From NCBI GenBank assembly GCA_016748015.1, contig JAAOMT010000135.1, positions 558,001 through 622,000 on the forward strand: a DNA stretch of 64,000 nt. The letters run 5' to 3'. This document shows positions 62,241-64,000 of this stretch, one piece after another. This DNA is from Geosiphon pyriformis uo1. Its lineage: Eukaryota > Fungi > Glomeromycota. A program made the position numbers and the translations under genes. Numbering within the stretch: the stretch's first letter is position 1; every line of letters starts with the position of its first letter. A model generated the notes under the pieces. The model was not told the DNA's origin. It ran no database searches and saw only the letters and a list, made by a program, of their open reading frames with translations.

Positions 62241-64000
62241 TGGGAAGAAAAAGATGCCTGAAAACCCGAACTAGTGTACAACTAATCTAACTTCCCCAGA
62301 ATTGCACCAACAGAAGCATTGAGAGCCACCAACTTGGATTCCAGAGAACCCACCTTAGAGGTCAAAACTTTTGAACTACTTGAACCTGAATCCGAACCAA
62401 TGAAAGGAAGCAAAAGTGCCACCACAGGATTATGTGAGGTATTATCCAAAATCATATCAAAACTGGTAGCTGCCGAAACATCCAAAATACCCAAAAAAGA
62501 AGGAGGGGGGGCCAAAGACACCAAATTCATACTGCCAAGTCTGTGCACAATACTAAAAACCTGATCATGTAGAAGCTCCAAGAAACATTCCAAAGACACC
62601 AAACAGGCATTCAAAGAAGAGTTGTCATTTGTCAACAGAGGAAGACCACCACCCAAATCAGAGATGCCAAGAGAAAAGACACCAGAACCAAAACCAGAAC
62701 CAGAAAAGGAACCACCAGAAAAGGATGCAAGAGACACCACTTGGGCCCATGACTTGCCACCAAAAGCAGCAAGGCGAGAGATAAGAACATTCTTTTTCAC
62801 ATACAGCCTGGCCAGCTGGAGACAATTGGCATTGGAGGCAAGTTTTCTAAACGAAAACAGGAACTTGGGAGGTGATACATTTGAAGTGTCACATTCAAGA
62901 GCCAAATGACCAAAATGCCCACACTTTTTGCAATGAACCAAATCAAACCTGGCCCATGAAAGCCAAACACCACCAAGAATAGGCTCAGTAAGAAAGGCCA
63001 AATTCAAATTATCAGTGGATTCAAAGCACACTACAGTACAACAAAACCTATTGCCAGTTTCCAATGAGTAATTAATAACACAAGTTTTCCCACCAACTTT
63101 ATCCAAAAGAGTACCAAGATCATGCGCAGTTGTCTCTACTGGCAAAGTAAACAGAAGCGCTCTATAGCAATCCCTTGATGTCCAGACATCACAATCCCCC
63201 ACAGCTCTGGCAATACGCACTGAGTCTTTTCCGATTAGGAATGACCACTTTGAAGCTAACTGATCAGCTTGACTAGATTCAGCAAACTCCACCACAGCCT
63301 TCTGCCACATTCTGATCAACTGAATTCTGATTGACTTAATTTCTCCAAATTCAGATACTGCAGCGACAATCATATCTTTTGGCATGTCCATGGGAATTTT
63401 TTTTAACACCACAGTCCAATCTGAACACATTCCTTGTTTCTTGAGATCAGTGTTTATGACAATTCCTTTTTCTCTGGCCAATGATGCAGCCACTTCCATG
63501 CTCTCTTCTGAAGTAAATGTCGATCAGATGATCCCTTCAAACTTTGAGGGGGTAGTGGCCCCCCCAAAACCATTGACCAAAGAAAAAATTTTCCTGATTA
63601 CTTGAGTTTTTGCCATTGCCGATTTGCCCTCCACTGCTGAAAAATTAATATCCAAAGCAAATGATTTCTTGACTGATACTTCCACAGAAATCTTGACAAT
63701 CTTTGGGTCCACCCATTTTCTATTCAAAGAGATAGGTACACGAGAAGAGAGAACAACTTCAACATCATCCATTGCAAAGTTGGGAGATTTAAGTGGGGAT
63801 CCAAATACAGCACCAGTGTCAACACACTTTGCTTTAGAAGTATTAGCAGCTGAACTGAGAAGGAACCCACCATAGAAACCAGACATACTGGCATTATCAT
63901 TATTACCGGAAAGACTGTTCACATCAGAAAACACATTGCCACCAGAACCAGACTTGTTCAAAGAGATATCTTTTTCATTACCTAAGTGTTTGACATTCCC
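62237..64000 (-). pseudogene. LINE-C ORF1 (Gag-like; CCHC knuckle)
   Basis: ORFs 63524-63961 and 62282-63499; RRM-like segment (VSEFGEIKSI..KAVVEF) and CKKCGHFGHLALEC. Confidence 0.88.

Larger units (their letters stand above)
57409..64000 (-). mobile_element. LINE-C: least decayed LINE copy, 5' end beyond the window
   Basis: Long ORF fragments covering ORF1, APE, RT, RNase H and CCHC; 3' UTR and (A5T)n-like tail at 57409-57434. Confidence 0.95.

Noticed and set aside
62319-62909. Plus-strand ORFs with PEPKPEPE repeats, and other antisense ORFs over TE genes
   Set aside because: Shadows of Ser/Gly-rich LINE ORF1 or of pol on the opposite strand; not conserved among copies

Overview
Eukaryotic, AT-rich, repeat-dominated fungal DNA. 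The short GT-AG introns and the TE families suggest an early-diverging, Glomeromycotina/Mucoromycota-like fungus (inference). There is one intact host gene, a 14-exon RNA14/CstF-77 (20281-25055, +), a CpG-containing island in CpG-depleted, nested retroelements. The window holds four Ty3/Gypsy elements: Gypsy-1 (1-5442 +), Gypsy-2 (5443-15381 -), full-length Gypsy-3 (39309-49150 -) and relic Gypsy-4 (~51330-57400 -). It also holds two solo LTRs and six copies or fragments of an APE-RT-RNaseH LINE family at very different stages of decay. Four things stand out. (i) All four Gypsy elements carry a homologous, apparently non-membrane third ORF in the env position, running up to or across the PPT. 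(ii) Two Gypsy families carry a Cys-rich module, a dUTPase and a dUTPase-like repeat between protease and RT. (iii) Repeats show C>T/G>A hypermutation that is not limited to CpG and drives old copies towards pure A/T (RIP-like). (iv) RNA14 intron 1 has a candidate autoregulatory intronic poly(A) site at almost the same position as in animal CstF-77. Boundaries of decayed elements are approximate; everything was read by eye.
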